A DNA stretch of 63,851 nucleotides, filler included. It is 4 parts of 4 records of this genome, joined end to end, with 100 filler letters (N's around TTAATTAATTAA, not from the genome) between each part and the next. Parts side by side here need not be neighbours in the genome. Positions count along the whole stretch, not along the records: positions 1 to 14,066 come from SRR20825006_432; positions 14,167 to 36,621 come from SRR20825006_433; 2 more parts are not named here. The stretch is one strand, 5' to 3'. This document shows, in pieces, positions 11,571 through 22,652 of the stretch. Each line of letters opens with the position of its first letter. Position 1 is the stretch's first letter. The notes beneath the pieces were generated by a model that made no database searches, was not told where the DNA came from, and was given only the letters and a program-made list of their open reading frames with translations. Made by a program: the position numbers and the translations under genes.

Positions 11571-12188
11571 TTACGAGGAGTAGAATTCGACCACCTGGGC
11601 TGGTTCCATCTGGACCGGATACGGCACGTCAGACAGTTCAGGCACGCGGACATAAGTCGCGCTCATGGCTTTCGGATCGACGTCCACATATTCCGGGATA
11701 TCGCGCTCAGCGCTGCCGAGAGCTTCCAGAACGAGCGCCATGTTGCGGGACTTCTCGCGGATCTGAACAACGTCGCCCGGCTTCACGCGCGCGGAGCCGA
11801 TGTTACAGCGGCGGCCATTGATCATGACGTGCCCGTGGTTGACGAACTGGCGGGCTGCGAAGATCGTCGGCACGAATTTCGCACGGTAGACGATGGAATC
11901 GAGACGCGATTCCAGCAGGCCGATAAGGTTCTCGGACGTGTTGCCCTTCATGCGGTTCGCTTCTTCATAGATGCGAAGGAACTGCTTTTCCGTGATGTCG
12001 CCGTAGTAGCCTTTCAGCTTCTGCTTCGCCATCAGCTGCAGACCAAAGTCAGAGACCTTGTTGCGGCGGTTCTGGCCGTGCTGACCGGGCTTGTAGTTAC
12101 GCTTGTTGACGGGGGACTTCGGACGGCCCCAGATATTTTCACCGACGCGACGGTCGATCTTGTACTTCGCGCTGTGGCGACGTGACAT
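11571..12188 (-). CDS. rpsD: 30S ribosomal protein S4
   Basis: [29 protein letters not shown]. Confidence 0.98.
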   Translation of the reverse strand: MSRRHSAKYKIDRRVGENIWGRPKSPVNKRNYKPGQHGQNRRNKVSDFGLQLMAKQKLKGYYGDITEKQFLRIYEEANRMKGNTSENLIGLLESRLDSIVYRAKFVPTIFAARQFVNHGHVMINGRRCNIGSARVKPGDVVQIREKSRNMALVLEALGSAERDIPEYVDVDPKAMSATYVRVPELSDVPYPVQMEPAQVVEFYSS

Positions 12189-12355
12189 GGTAGTACCTCA
12201 TTGTCGACGCAGGTCGGTGGGCGACGCTCATTCGCACCCACGATTTCAACGGCGGCCCTGCACCATCCCGTTTAGAGACGCGGGGTAAACCTCAAAACCA
12301 TTGGCAGGTCAAGCCATTCCACTGCTACATACAATGCAAAAAGCGGGAGGAAAAC

Positions 12356-13174
12356 ATGGGCCAGGTCGACGGCAAAATCGCAATTATAACGGGTGCTGGC
12401 AGCGGTATCGGTCGGGCATGCGCACTCGTGCTTGCTCGGGAAGGTGCCGCCATCATGGCGACCGACATTGATGACGAAGGTCTGAGGGTCACCGAGCGAC
12501 TCGTCACAGATGCCGGAGGGCGCATCATCACCGCGCATCAGGACGTGACGGATGAGAGCATGTGGGAAGCAATCTTCAGCCAAACCGAGAACGCATTCGG
12601 GACACCATCTGTATTGGTCAACAATGCCGGCATCGCCATCGCAGGCGCGATCACGGATTTTACGCTGGATGATTGGCGCAAGCAGATGAGCGTGAATGTC
12701 GACAGCGTGTTTCTCGGAACGCGCGCAGCGATGCGGCACATGGGTTCCAAAGGTGGTTCGATAGTCAACATTTCATCGGTTGCCGGCCTGCGTGGCGCAG
12801 CTGGGGCGAGCGCCTATTGCACATCGAAAGGGGCCGTTCGACTCTTTTCAAAGGCAGCGGCTGTCGAGTGCGCCCAGATGGGTACGGGCATTCGGGTCAA
12901 CTCGGTGCATCCGGGCATCATCGATACGCCGATCTGGCAGAAATCGATCACTCGCATGACCGAAACGATGGATGAAGAACGCGTCGCCGCGCTTACGGCG
13001 CATTCGGGCGCCAATCAGATGGACGTTGAGGCAATTGCGACCCAGTCAAGCCCAATGGGTCGGGCCGGACGGCCAGAGGAAGTCGCAGAATTGGTCCTGT
13101 TCCTGTCCTCGGATGCTTCAAGCTATATCAGCGGGCAGGAGCACGTGGTCGATGGCGCCATGACGGCGCGCTAG
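12356..13174 (+). CDS. SDR family oxidoreductase
   Basis: [21 protein letters not shown]. Confidence 0.95.
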   Translation: MGQVDGKIAIITGAGSGIGRACALVLAREGAAIMATDIDDEGLRVTERLVTDAGGRIITAHQDVTDESMWEAIFSQTENAFGTPSVLVNNAGIAIAGAITDFTLDDWRKQMSVNVDSVFLGTRAAMRHMGSKGGSIVNISSVAGLRGAAGASAYCTSKGAVRLFSKAAAVECAQMGTGIRVNSVHPGIIDTPIWQKSITRMTETMDEERVAALTAHSGANQMDVEAIATQSSPMGRAGRPEEVAELVLFLSSDASSYISGQEHVVDGAMTAR

Positions 13175-13216
13175 CGGCCAGTAGAGATACGCAACCGCGA
13201 AACTGCCCCCAAAAGC

Positions 13217-13756
13217 CTAGTCCGGCTTGACGGTGGTGCGGTACTCGCGGCTCGCATAGATCAGAGAGTTGCCATTGTCGCCGAGCACAGCGTCAACAAC
13301 CTCACCGATGCAGACATGATGCGTGCCGACCTGATTGTGCGAAACCAGTTTGCACTCGAATGCCACGAGCGCTCCTGAGATGACAGGCTGACCAGACCTG
13401 CCCGGCGTCCAGTCTGCCCCATCAAATTTGTCCTTGAATTTGTGGGTCATGCGGCTGGCAAAAACATCTGCCACATCCGCCTGATTGTCCTTCAAGACGT
13501 TCACACAAAACGTGCCATTGCCCAGCAGAACCGGCGTTAGCGACGAGGATTCATTGATGCAGACAAGCAAGGTCGGTTTGGGCGTATCGGCGCTGACTGA
13601 GGACATTGCGGTTGCTGTCGTGCCCGCCCGACCAGCAGCGCCGTCTGTCGTGATGACATTCACGGTCGCTGCAACCAGGCTCATTCCTTCCAGGAAACGC
13701 TGCTTGAGAAGCGCGCGGTCTGTGAGGGGCTGCAAGTCATCTGTCATGGTCATCAC
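13217..13756 (-). CDS. Flavin reductase-like protein
   Basis: VNVITT, TATAMSSVS, FCVNVL, GTHHVCIG. Confidence 0.9.
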   Translation of the reverse strand: MMTMTDDLQPLTDRALLKQRFLEGMSLVAATVNVITTDGAAGRAGTTATAMSSVSADTPKPTLLVCINESSSLTPVLLGNGTFCVNVLKDNQADVADVFASRMTHKFKDKFDGADWTPGRSGQPVISGALVAFECKLVSHNQVGTHHVCIGEVVDAVLGDNGNSLIYASREYRTTVKPD

Positions 13757-14039
13757 TTTCGGTCACATCAGTAGTATGGCGTGGACGGGCGCCGACAAGA
13801 GGTTGCAGCGCATTGATTACACCACAGACGCAGCAAGGGACCGGCAAGATATGGTTGAAGACCAGGCCGCAGCCAAACTCTTTACACGAGACGCACAAAA
13901 TATTCGTCATCAGCCCGGCTGGAAAAAAGAATCGATTGAGGCCCGCACGTGCGGTGAGGCTTGCTTGGTACACAAACAACGCCAACAACACGCTGCGCCC
14001 AGAATGGCGCGCTTGAAACCAGGCTGTCTTGAGAAAAAT

Positions 14040-14066
14040 TGGAGCGGGCGAAGAGATTCGAACTCT
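14040..14066 (-). tRNA. tRNA-Gly 3' fragment (truncated by spacer)
   Basis: Minus strand reads AGAGTTCGAATCTCTTCGCCCGCTCCA: T-arm plus a Gly-type acceptor end; anticodon not visible. Confidence 0.75.
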
Positions 14067-14166
14067 NNNNNNNNNNNNNNNNNNNNNNNNNNNNNNNNNN
14101 NNNNNNNNNNTTAATTAATTAANNNNNNNNNNNNNNNNNNNNNNNNNNNNNNNNNNNNNNNNNNNN
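14067..14166. other. Artificial contig spacer
   Basis: N-run + TTAATTAATTAA (stops in all six frames) + N-run, 100 bp. Confidence 0.98.
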
Positions 14167-14226
14167 TGGTAGAGCAAGCGGCTGTTAACCGCTTGGCCGG
14201 TGGTTCGAATCCGCCCTGGGGAGCCA
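14167..14226 (+). tRNA. tRNA-Asn(GTT), 5'-truncated
   Basis: Anticodon arm AGCGG-CTGTTAA-CCGCT, GGTTCGAATCC T-arm, GCCA end. Confidence 0.92.
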
Positions 14227-14234
14227 ATTTGACG

Positions 14235-14270
14235 AAGGGCTTAGCTGACAACCAGCTAGGCCCTTTTTCT
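14235..14270 (+). terminator. Terminator after tRNA-Asn
   Basis: AAGGGCTTAGCTG...CAGCTAGGCCCTT followed by a T-run. Confidence 0.8.
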
Positions 14271-14569
14271 TTTCGTCAGCCATATATAGTTCCGTGGTCA
14301 AACACACCGCCCCCCAATCCACGTCTTCTAGTCTGATCGGCTAATGGTGCAACTCCATACAACTCGCCTAAATTCTTTATAGCTTCGCGCAAAACGCGAA
14401 CAAGCTATTATGGAAGCGCTTTCGTATCGCCTTGCCGGAGAGGGCCTGAAGCACGCCCGGTGGGCTGTGGATGAGAGGAACAAGGCGAACGACAGCATCG
14501 TGTGGATGGCAGTGAACACTGCCTGTGTAATGGGCAAAATGCCCGAAAGAGTATAGTTGGAGCACCACC

Positions 14570-14989
14570 ATGGAACACCTCTCAAGCCAGCACTTCATCC
14601 TTGACCCGAATTTGAAATCACGGGCTGAACGCGCACAGGCGCTTGAGAACGCCTATGCAGATGCGCTCTCTGAGGCGCTCTGTTACCAGCTTGATGGTGC
14701 AAGCCCCAACCGCATTCACGCCAAGGCCATTGAGCTTAAAGTTACCCGCAAGCTGACGCCAACGCTTATGCTCGCTATGGTGCGGCGCGGTGCCGCGGTG
14801 TTTACGGAAAGTGCCATTGCGCTTTCAACAGGGCGTGCACTGCTGGAGATCCGCGACATGCTGAACGGCGGAGACGCGCAAAACCTTGAAGCCACCCTGC
14901 ATGCAGCAAGCATTGATGGCACGATGCTGCCCGCCTTCATGGCCGCTGTGCAGGAATGTTATGGCAATTGTGCATCGCGCGCGCTTTGA
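14570..14989 (+). CDS. Hypothetical protein
   Basis: 139-aa ORF with GGAG RBS. Confidence 0.55.
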   Translation: MEHLSSQHFILDPNLKSRAERAQALENAYADALSEALCYQLDGASPNRIHAKAIELKVTRKLTPTLMLAMVRRGAAVFTESAIALSTGRALLEIRDMLNGGDAQNLEATLHAASIDGTMLPAFMAAVQECYGNCASRAL

Positions 14990-15219
14990 CCAAACCTGAT
15001 GCCGTTGCCCCGGGCGAGGTTTTGCTCAAATTTTTGCTGTATTTTCATTGCGATACATATGCAACACCTGTGCGGCAGGCTGGCCACAAATTGCCGTAAT
15101 TCGTGGTTAAAATTCTTGTTTCCGCCTTAATTCCCAGCTATTTGATCAATAATTGTTCTTAGTGGCACAATTCTGTGCCGATGGTATAGCCAGACCTCAA
15201 TATTCCGTAGGGTGAAATT

Positions 15220-16332
15220 ATGCGAAAGATACTCCTCCCAATTCTTCTCAGCACCGCATCTACAGTGGCGATGGCTGACGATCACCTGTATGGCGGCTTC
15301 GAGGCCGGCATTAGTTCTTCAACTGACAGCGAACTGAACCGGACGTTGACCGGGCTGAGCCTTGAAGACGAGAAAAAAATGGGCGGCATGGGCGGCCTTT
15401 ATTTCGGTAAAGCCATGGGCCGCTGGCGCATTGAAGGCGAAATGGCCGTGCGCAAAAACCGTTATGAAGGCATTGATGTCGCAAACGGTGGTGCAACATC
15501 GCTCCCACTGGGTGAGCGCGGCGCTTCCGGCAAGATCAACTCCACAGCGCTGATGGGCAACGTCTGGTACCGCCTTGCCGGTACTGAAGAGTGGGGCTTT
15601 TACACCGGTGCCGGTCTTGGTGTCGCGAATATCGATGTCAACAATTACCGCACTGGCTCCAAGGTCATCATCAATGACAGCAGCTGGTCAACCGCTGGTC
15701 AGGTCATGGCGCAGGTGATCAAATCCCTGCCTGGTGGGCTTGAGCTTGGCATCGGCGCGCGGCACTTCCGTGCGCTTGATAATTCCATAAACACATCTGA
15801 CGGCTCCACCGGTTATAAAGTTCGTAATAACGAGCTTTTTGCCCGCCTGAGCTGGAAGTTTGGCGCGGATGAGCCACGGCGCGAGCCTGAGCCAATGCCA
15901 GCGCCTGCACCAAAACCTGCTGCTCAGCCAGAGCCTGTTGCAACGCCAGAGGTTGTTGAACAGCCCGCGCCGAAGCCAGAGCCAAAACCAGTGGCCCTGC
16001 CCGGCCCGTTCATGGTGTTCTTCGACTTTGACAAATCCGACATTACGCCGGATGCAGCCCGCATCATCCGTGAAGCGGCCAAAGCCTTCAAGGAACACAA
16101 GGCTGTCCGTCTTCTCGCCACTGGTCACACCGACCGTGCCGGTTCGGAAGAATATAACGCACGCCTTGCGAAACGCCGTGCCGACGCTGTGAAAGCCGCA
16201 TTGATGGCGGAAGGTGTTGCGGCAAGCAGCATCATCACCGACGCGAAGGGCGAGAGCTCGCCGCTGGTGTCCACAGAAGATGGTGTGCGTGAACCGCAAA
16301 ACCGTCGTGCAGAGATTGTTCTGCGCCGTTAA
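15220..16332 (+). CDS. OmpA family protein (beta-barrel + Pro-rich linker + peptidoglycan-binding domain)
   Basis: Signal peptide, PEP/PAP linker, VFFDFDKS, GHTD, RRADAVK, NRRAEI. Confidence 0.95.
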   Translation: MRKILLPILLSTASTVAMADDHLYGGFEAGISSSTDSELNRTLTGLSLEDEKKMGGMGGLYFGKAMGRWRIEGEMAVRKNRYEGIDVANGGATSLPLGERGASGKINSTALMGNVWYRLAGTEEWGFYTGAGLGVANIDVNNYRTGSKVIINDSSWSTAGQVMAQVIKSLPGGLELGIGARHFRALDNSINTSDGSTGYKVRNNELFARLSWKFGADEPRREPEPMPAPAPKPAAQPEPVATPEVVEQPAPKPEPKPVALPGPFMVFFDFDKSDITPDAARIIREAAKAFKEHKAVRLLATGHTDRAGSEEYNARLAKRRADAVKAALMAEGVAASSIITDAKGESSPLVSTEDGVREPQNRRAEIVLRR

Positions 16333-16356
16333 TCAGCGCAAAACCTGAAATCAGAG

Positions 16357-16387
16357 AGGCCAGTACCCACGGGTGCTGGCCTTTTTT
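16357..16387 (+). terminator. Terminator after OmpA gene
   Basis: AGGCCAGTACCC-AC-GGGTGCTGGCCT-TTTTT. Confidence 0.85.
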
Positions 16388-16435
16388 GTTGCTAATGAGA
16401 GCGGCTACTGTTGGGACAAAAGTGACTGGGAGAGA

Positions 16436-17002
16436 TTAGCGCAGATGCGCCGGGCCGCTGCGGCTTCTGATAAGAGCGGTATCCGCGTCTGCGCAGGTCA
16501 CCTTTGGAGCCTTATAGGCAACGGGCAACAGGTCCATGCCGTCAAGCGGGTTGTGAAGCTCGATGGCAAAGGTCGCAGCAAGCATGGCAGAATGACAGAA
16601 ATCATGCACCTGCGTGCTCTCAAACGAGATCAGATTGGCTTGTCTGGTGGTGTAATGATCCATCGAGCCGATGGAAAGCCGGGTGAGGTAACTTTCAACC
16701 GGTGCGCGGCTGTCCTGTATCTTGCTGCGGTGCGTTAACACAAAGGCGTTATAGAGGCCCGGGAAGCCAGTTCCGCGATTGCGGCACTGCAGGGCGGCAA
16801 CACGGAGCTGCATATCAAGGAAGCGTATCTGGTCGGCCTTCAGCTCAGTGGTGCTGACACACGCCAGCGCATGCCCTGCCGCCACACTTGAGGCGATGGC
16901 AGCCGCCACACCCCGTACGAGGATGTCTTTCCAGGTTTTCCGTTGGAAATGCTGCACTCCAGCCCCTTCCTTGCCCGATTTAACCTCGTCTGGCGCCGCC
17001 AC
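16436..17002 (-). CDS. Hypothetical secreted protein
   Basis: Signal-like AAAIASSVAAGHALAC and LRVAALQC; start codon uncertain. Confidence 0.6.
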   Translation of the reverse strand: MAAPDEVKSGKEGAGVQHFQRKTWKDILVRGVAAAIASSVAAGHALACVSTTELKADQIRFLDMQLRVAALQCRNRGTGFPGLYNAFVLTHRSKIQDSRAPVESYLTRLSIGSMDHYTTRQANLISFESTQVHDFCHSAMLAATFAIELHNPLDGMDLLPVAYKAPKVTCADADTALIRSRSGPAHLR

Positions 17003-17099
17003 AGCCGCGCCACACTTTTAGCCTCACTTTAGCCACACCCTATCACAAATTTCTGAAAGAACAGTGAACAAACCTCCAGAAATTAGGCGAAATTTTCAC

Positions 17100-18617
17100 C
17101 TATTTTGCGGTGATGAACTCCCGGATGTCTTCCGCCACCGCTGTAAGCGACGGGTGGTTCACATACATCATATGCCCGGCTTCATAATAGGTCATGGTAA
17201 CCCGGCTCATGTCGATCCCGTGCCGCCAGAAGGTATATTCAGCATCAAAAAACGGGGTGACCATGTCATAGTAGCCTGAGGCAACCATGACCTTTAAGCT
17301 CTTGTTAAACCTCATGCTTTGCGCAAGATCAGGGGCCGTGTTCACATATTCCGGCTCATAATATCCTTGTGGGTCACGCACCCATTCCCACTCCCGGCCA
17401 ACTTCAGGGCCAGAGATATAATATGGCTCATCCCAGTCGACGCCGAGCTCATTCCGCAGGTAATGATGCAGCGCGGCTGAATAAGCCCCGGAAAACGAGG
17501 CGTCGGCGGCGTCAAAGCGTGGGCCATCGGCGGTATCGTCGATCTCGTCAATCAAGTAGCGGCTATCAAGCCGGCCGGTTACCAAGCCCTTGTCGCGCAA
17601 CAGTTCCTTGATGAAACGGCCGCCCAAAACCCGCAGGTTTGCGCGCTTTACATAGGCAACATCAAGGCCAATATAGCCCGCCAGCTTGGTGGCAATACGG
17701 TCAAATTCCTCGCTTGGAAGGCTTGAGCCCCTGAAGAGCGCAGGCAGATATTCATCCAAGGTGAAAGCTCGCACTTCCTCAAGATACTCCTTAAGGTCGC
17801 GGCTTTTATCCACCTTGCCGTGGTACCATGCTGTTGCAGCCATCGTCGGCAGGAAGGTGACATAGCTCACCAGGTTATCATGCGTTGGCGTACTGCCGGT
17901 GTAATCAAGTGCCTGGGAAATAAGGATTAATCCGTTCACGCGCAGTGGCTCTGGCCCGTCCTCAAGATAGGGCAGTATCGCAGCCGCCCGCGTGGTGCCA
18001 TAGCTTTCGCCCATAATATAGATGGGGGTGTTCCAGCGGTTGTTTTTCCGCGTCCATTCCCGAATGATGTGCGCAACCGTGCGGGCATCTTCCGCAAGGC
18101 CGTAAACATCCTCAGGCTTGCCCTTTCCCGCCAAACGGCTGTAACCGGTGCCTATCGGGTCGATCATCACGATGTCTGAGATATCAAGAAGCGCTTCCGG
18201 GTTGGCTTCCAGCCGGTACGGCGCGTGGCCCGCATCCCCGGCGTCACTTGGCACCACCACCCGTTTTGGTCCTACCAGCCCCATATGCAGCCAAACAGAT
18301 GACGACCCGGGCCCGCCGTTAAATACAAACGTCACCGGCCGGTTTTGGCCTTTGTCTGCGGTATAGGCTGTTGTGACAGCGCTCGCGTAAACATCACCCG
18401 CTTCATTTTTGAGCAGCATGTTGGAAACAACAACCTGATAGTCTATGCGCCGGCCGCCAAAGGTGCCCTTGTGCTGGCTTTCAACCCGCACCGGCTCAGG
18501 GATCGGCAGGTCATCGGTCTCTTCATCATCAGCCGAAACGCCCAGACAGGCGACGAAGAGTGCGACGCTAAAAGCCATACTTTTCAATAGATTACGATGA
18601 TACATCTGGTCCCCCAT
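17100..18617 (-). CDS. S10 family serine carboxypeptidase
   Basis: FNGGPGSSS, DPIGTGYS, GESYG, GYYD, AGHMMY. Confidence 0.95.
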   Translation of the reverse strand: MGDQMYHRNLLKSMAFSVALFVACLGVSADDEETDDLPIPEPVRVESQHKGTFGGRRIDYQVVVSNMLLKNEAGDVYASAVTTAYTADKGQNRPVTFVFNGGPGSSSVWLHMGLVGPKRVVVPSDAGDAGHAPYRLEANPEALLDISDIVMIDPIGTGYSRLAGKGKPEDVYGLAEDARTVAHIIREWTRKNNRWNTPIYIMGESYGTTRAAAILPYLEDGPEPLRVNGLILISQALDYTGSTPTHDNLVSYVTFLPTMAATAWYHGKVDKSRDLKEYLEEVRAFTLDEYLPALFRGSSLPSEEFDRIATKLAGYIGLDVAYVKRANLRVLGGRFIKELLRDKGLVTGRLDSRYLIDEIDDTADGPRFDAADASFSGAYSAALHHYLRNELGVDWDEPYYISGPEVGREWEWVRDPQGYYEPEYVNTAPDLAQSMRFNKSLKVMVASGYYDMVTPFFDAEYTFWRHGIDMSRVTMTYYEAGHMMYVNHPSLTAVAEDIREFITAK

Positions 18618-18812
18618 GCACCTGTGGGTGCGTATAAATTTTCTGCCCCTAAGCTAGCGCAGTTTCATATAAGCGCAAGCAAGAGATTATGCGGGCAAGC
18701 TACGCTCACAAGTCCTCACTTTTTGCGGAATCTATAATTCTTCCTTGCCATGTGGCGAGAATACCTTAAGCCTAGGCGAAAATAATTTGGGCTGTTCTGG
18801 GGAGAAAGAGCC

Positions 18813-20057
18813 ATGTTTTCCGCCTGGTTTAAAATCACACTTTGGAAACGCATCATGGGCATGCTGGTGCTGGGCATTGCCTTTGGCGCCCTGCTGCCAG
18901 ATGCCGCGCAGTCGATTGACTGGATCGGCGATATTTTCCTTCGCCTGATCCGCATGATTGTGGTTCCTCTCGTTTTCATCACGCTAGTGTCCGGCGTTAT
19001 TGCCATGGGCGATCCGAAACGCCTGGGCTCACTAGGTATCAAGACGCTCTCGCTTTATATTGGCACTACCTTGATCGCCATCACCATTGGCCTTACCCTC
19101 GCGGCGATTATACAGCCCGGTGTCGGGGTTGACCTCGCGGGCGCGGAAGCGAAAGGCCTTGCCGAGGCTCAGTCCCTCAAGGACCGCCTGTTGACCATCA
19201 TCCCACTCAACCCGATTGGCGCGCTGGTTGAAGGCAATATGCTGGCGATCATCTTTTTCGCTCTGCTCCTTGGTACCGGTGTGCTGCTGGTTCAGGAAAA
19301 AGGCAAACCTGTCGCTGACATTTTCGATTCCGGCTCGGAGATCATGCTGAAAATCACCCACCTTGTCATGGAGGTAGCACCTTTTGGCGTATTCTCCCTT
19401 ATTTCAGGCATGGTTGGCCAAGGCGGGATTGGGTTGTTGCTGGACGTATTCCCCTTGGTCGCAACCTTCCTGTCAGCATGCCTGATACATGTGATCGTAA
19501 CCCATGGCGGAATCATTAAATTTCTGCTCAGGCTACCTGTAGGCCGCTTCTTCCGTGATATTACCAGTGCGCAACTTGTTGCATTTTCAACCTCGTCGAG
19601 CTCGGGAACCTTGCCCGTTACCATGACAGTTGCTGAAGAAAACCTTGGGGTTAAAAAGTCTGTGGCAAGTTCTGTGCTGCCCCTTGGTGCCACGATCAAT
19701 ATGGATGGTTCCGCCATTTATGTCGGTATTCTTGCCGTGTTTGCGGCCCAAGCGCTTGGCGTGGACATGGGCATTGCGGAATATCTGCTGGTGGCCTTGT
19801 CAGCTACGCTGGTATCCATCGGAACCGCCGCTGTACCTTCGGCATCGTTGTTCCTGCTGGCTACCGTGATGAGTGTTCTGGGCATAGATGACGCGCAAAC
19901 CTTTATCATCGTTGGCTTTGTGTTCCCGTTTGACCGCCCGCTGGATATGGTTCGTACCGTCGTGAATGTGACCGGTGACTTGGCCGTCAGCACTGCAGTA
20001 GCCAAATGGGAAGGCGAACTGGATGAAGAAACCTTCTGCGCTAAACCGGTAGATTAA
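18813..20057 (+). CDS. Dicarboxylate/amino acid:cation symporter (DAACS)
   Basis: AFSTSSSSGTLP, GATINMDG, DMVRTVVNVTGD. Confidence 0.95.
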   Translation: MFSAWFKITLWKRIMGMLVLGIAFGALLPDAAQSIDWIGDIFLRLIRMIVVPLVFITLVSGVIAMGDPKRLGSLGIKTLSLYIGTTLIAITIGLTLAAIIQPGVGVDLAGAEAKGLAEAQSLKDRLLTIIPLNPIGALVEGNMLAIIFFALLLGTGVLLVQEKGKPVADIFDSGSEIMLKITHLVMEVAPFGVFSLISGMVGQGGIGLLLDVFPLVATFLSACLIHVIVTHGGIIKFLLRLPVGRFFRDITSAQLVAFSTSSSSGTLPVTMTVAEENLGVKKSVASSVLPLGATINMDGSAIYVGILAVFAAQALGVDMGIAEYLLVALSATLVSIGTAAVPSASLFLLATVMSVLGIDDAQTFIIVGFVFPFDRPLDMVRTVVNVTGDLAVSTAVAKWEGELDEETFCAKPVD

Positions 20058-20149
20058 GCGAGGCACATCGCTTTCACAGGTTTTTTCTTATCAATCCGAC
20101 TGCCGGGTGCTATAGGGCGCCCGGCAGTTTTGTTTTATAAGAGTAGACT

Positions 20150-20845
20150 ATGACGACGCAGAAAAAAGCAGTGGTGCTCCTCTCCGGCGGGCTTGATAGC
20201 GCGACAGTGATCGCGATCGCCCGCGACCAGGGGTTTGATGTGCACGCGATTTCCTTCCGGTATGGCCAGCGCCACAGTGTGGAGCTTGAAGCCGCAGACC
20301 GGGTGGTGGAACACCTCGGGGTAACAGAGCATAAAATCGCAGAACTGGACCTGCGCCTTTTTGGCGGCAGTGCCTTGACTGCAGATATCGACGTACCGAA
20401 AGACCGTTCGGACGACGATATGAGCCATGATATCCCGATCACCTATGTGCCTGCCCGCAATACGATTTTCCTGTCGTTCGCCCTCGCTTACGCTGAAGTG
20501 ATTGGTGCGAAAGACATCTTCATTGGTGTGAATGCGCTGGATTATTCAGGCTACCCCGATTGCAGGCCAGACTATATCGCCTCCTATGAGACAATGGCCA
20601 ACCTAGCGACAAAAGCCGGGGTAACGGAAGACGAGAAAATCCGCATCCAGACACCGCTGATTGATATGACAAAAGCCGAGATCGTGACGGTCGGCACGCG
20701 CCTGGGTGTTGATTACTCCATGACCATCAGTTGTTATGACCCTGACGCTCAAGGCAAAGCCTGCGGGCACTGCGACAGTTGCCAGCTTCGTCGTAAAGGC
20801 TTTGCCGAGGCCGGGCTTAGCGACCCGACCCGGTATCAGGATTAA
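20150..20845 (+). CDS. queC: 7-cyano-7-deazaguanine synthase
   Basis: SGGLDS, YVPARN, GYPDCR, CGHCDSC. Confidence 0.97.
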   Translation: MTTQKKAVVLLSGGLDSATVIAIARDQGFDVHAISFRYGQRHSVELEAADRVVEHLGVTEHKIAELDLRLFGGSALTADIDVPKDRSDDDMSHDIPITYVPARNTIFLSFALAYAEVIGAKDIFIGVNALDYSGYPDCRPDYIASYETMANLATKAGVTEDEKIRIQTPLIDMTKAEIVTVGTRLGVDYSMTISCYDPDAQGKACGHCDSCQLRRKGFAEAGLSDPTRYQD

Positions 20846-20852
20846 AAGCATC

Positions 20853-21488
20853 ATGGTCTATACGATCAAGGAAATGTTCTACACGCTGCAGGGAGAAGGC
20901 GCGAACGCCGGTCGCCCCGCTGTGTTTTGCCGCTTTGCTGGTTGCAACCTGTGGAGTGGGCTGGAGCGGGACCGGGCGGGCGCCATTTGCAAATTCTGCG
21001 ATACCGACTTCGTGGGCACAAATGGCGAAGGTGGCGGCAAGTTCAAGACAGCGGACGACCTCGCAGCAGCCGTAAGTGCGCTGTGGCCCGAAAATGCTGG
21101 CGGTGTACCATTTATTGTCTGCACAGGTGGGGAACCGCTGCTGCAGCTTGATGACGCCGCGATCAAAGCGTTTCATGACGCGGGTTTCGAGATTGCGGTT
21201 GAAAGCAATGGCACTATCGAGCCGCCTTTAGGTATCGACTGGCTGTGTATCAGCCCCAAAATTGGCTCCGAAATGATCGTAAAACGAGGTCAGGAGCTAA
21301 AGCTGGTTTACCCGCAAGACGGCGGTGACCCATCACAGTTTGAACACCTGAACTTTGAGAATTTTTATCTGCAACCCATGGACAGCCCCACGCAGGCAGA
21401 AAACACCGTTGCTGCAGTCAACTACTGCAAGGCGCACCCAAAATGGCGCTTAAGCGTGCAAACCCATAAGTTTATCGGGATTCCCTGA
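20853..21488 (+). CDS. queE: 7-carboxy-7-deazaguanine synthase (radical SAM, Cx14CxxC type)
   Basis: FYTLQGEG, RFAGCNLW...CKFCDT, TGGEP, SPK, QTHK. Confidence 0.95.
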   Translation: MVYTIKEMFYTLQGEGANAGRPAVFCRFAGCNLWSGLERDRAGAICKFCDTDFVGTNGEGGGKFKTADDLAAAVSALWPENAGGVPFIVCTGGEPLLQLDDAAIKAFHDAGFEIAVESNGTIEPPLGIDWLCISPKIGSEMIVKRGQELKLVYPQDGGDPSQFEHLNFENFYLQPMDSPTQAENTVAAVNYCKAHPKWRLSVQTHKFIGIP

Positions 21489-21510
21489 GCTACCCCTTTA
21501 TTAGACAGGC

Positions 21511-21690
21511 CTAGTCTTTGGTGCGGCTTAGCGCTACCCCAAACACAATACCCAGCGCTATGCCAAGCGCTATATTGCCAAGTGCGGCACCAACCCCGAC
21601 GCCTATGGCAAGGCCAGCACCAATATATTTGACGCTTCTGCCTGTGCGACCTTTCGCCGCTCCTTCATCTGGTGTTGGGTCGTCTTGCAT
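21511..21690 (-). CDS. Small Gly-rich membrane protein
   Basis: GAGLAIGVGVGAALGNIALGIALG glycine zipper; GGAGG RBS. Confidence 0.6.
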   Translation of the reverse strand: MQDDPTPDEGAAKGRTGRSVKYIGAGLAIGVGVGAALGNIALGIALGIVFGVALSRTKD

Positions 21691-21842
21691 TCGTCCCTCC
21701 GGAAAAGTCTTATGATTATTAATAGATAGGGCCTGGATAGCCCCTTTCCAAGACATCACGGCCCTGACAATACTATTGTTTGACCCCACAACGTTCCCTG
21801 ATATGGTCCCGCCAGATAGCGAAACAGCATAAGAACTATAAA

Positions 21843-22652
21843 ATGACATCTTTTCTTCCTGCCCTCAAAAAGCTCCCTCGTCCTGTACGATATGTTGCCA
21901 TATGCGCTCTTGCCGCCCTTGCTGGCATTTATCTCATTAACAGTCGTTATGACCGCCTGGAAATCGCGGAGCACCATTTCTACGATGATGCTGCTCAAAA
22001 AATATGGGCCCACAGGGGATATGCAAAAAAACACGCTGAAAACACGCTAGAAGCCTTTCAGGATGCCGTAGACCGGGGAGCACCTGGGATAGAAGTTGAT
22101 ATCTTTTACGATCCGGCAACAAAGCATTTTCTGGTTACGGATAGCGAGTCTTCGCACCAAGAGCCGCCGTTACGCTTAAAGGATGTGTTTGTGGCTTTTG
22201 GCGAAAAAACACATTACTGGCTGAACTTCATAAACCTGGCTGATCTGGGATATGCGGATTCCGCTGGCGCCGCCCATCTGATTGCGCGGATGGCCACACG
22301 CTATACCAAACGCCCGCTGGTTATGGTGGAATCGAGCAGCGCATCGCATCTGGCTCCGTTCAAACGCTTCGGTATCCATACCACATTATTGACAACATTC
22401 GCCCCCGGCAGTTCATGGCTGGTCAGGCAATATCAGGCCTTGAAGCTTAAATATCTGCTTGGAACGAACGGTATTACGGGAGCTTCATTTGTCCCTGCTC
22501 AGTTCGATCAAGACCTATCTAACCAACTCACCAATACCGACATATATATCTTGACCGCCAATACGCTTGAAGAAGCCCGCCAGTTTGCAACCTCGCCTAC
22601 TGTCAAAATCATCCTAACGGACGAAGATTTCTATACTCTCGACGATCTGTAA
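21843..22652 (+). CDS. Glycerophosphodiester phosphodiesterase-like protein
   Basis: AHRG, ENTLEAF, GIEVDI; N-terminal transmembrane segment. Confidence 0.75.
   Translation: MTSFLPALKKLPRPVRYVAICALAALAGIYLINSRYDRLEIAEHHFYDDAAQKIWAHRGYAKKHAENTLEAFQDAVDRGAPGIEVDIFYDPATKHFLVTDSESSHQEPPLRLKDVFVAFGEKTHYWLNFINLADLGYADSAGAAHLIARMATRYTKRPLVMVESSSASHLAPFKRFGIHTTLLTTFAPGSSWLVRQYQALKLKYLLGTNGITGASFVPAQFDQDLSNQLTNTDIYILTANTLEEARQFATSPTVKIILTDEDFYTLDDL

Noticed and set aside
10634-12185. Long plus-strand ORFs 10634-11821 and 11325-12185, and similar ORFs such as 7347-8327, 58198-59190 and 63045-63794
   Set aside because: They are antisense shadows of well-supported high-GC genes (ppk2, rpsD, rimO, chvG, ahcY).
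14111-14122. TTAATTAATTAA as a biological repeat (also at ~36666 and ~57560)
   Set aside because: It is a synthetic six-frame stop linker inside N-runs.
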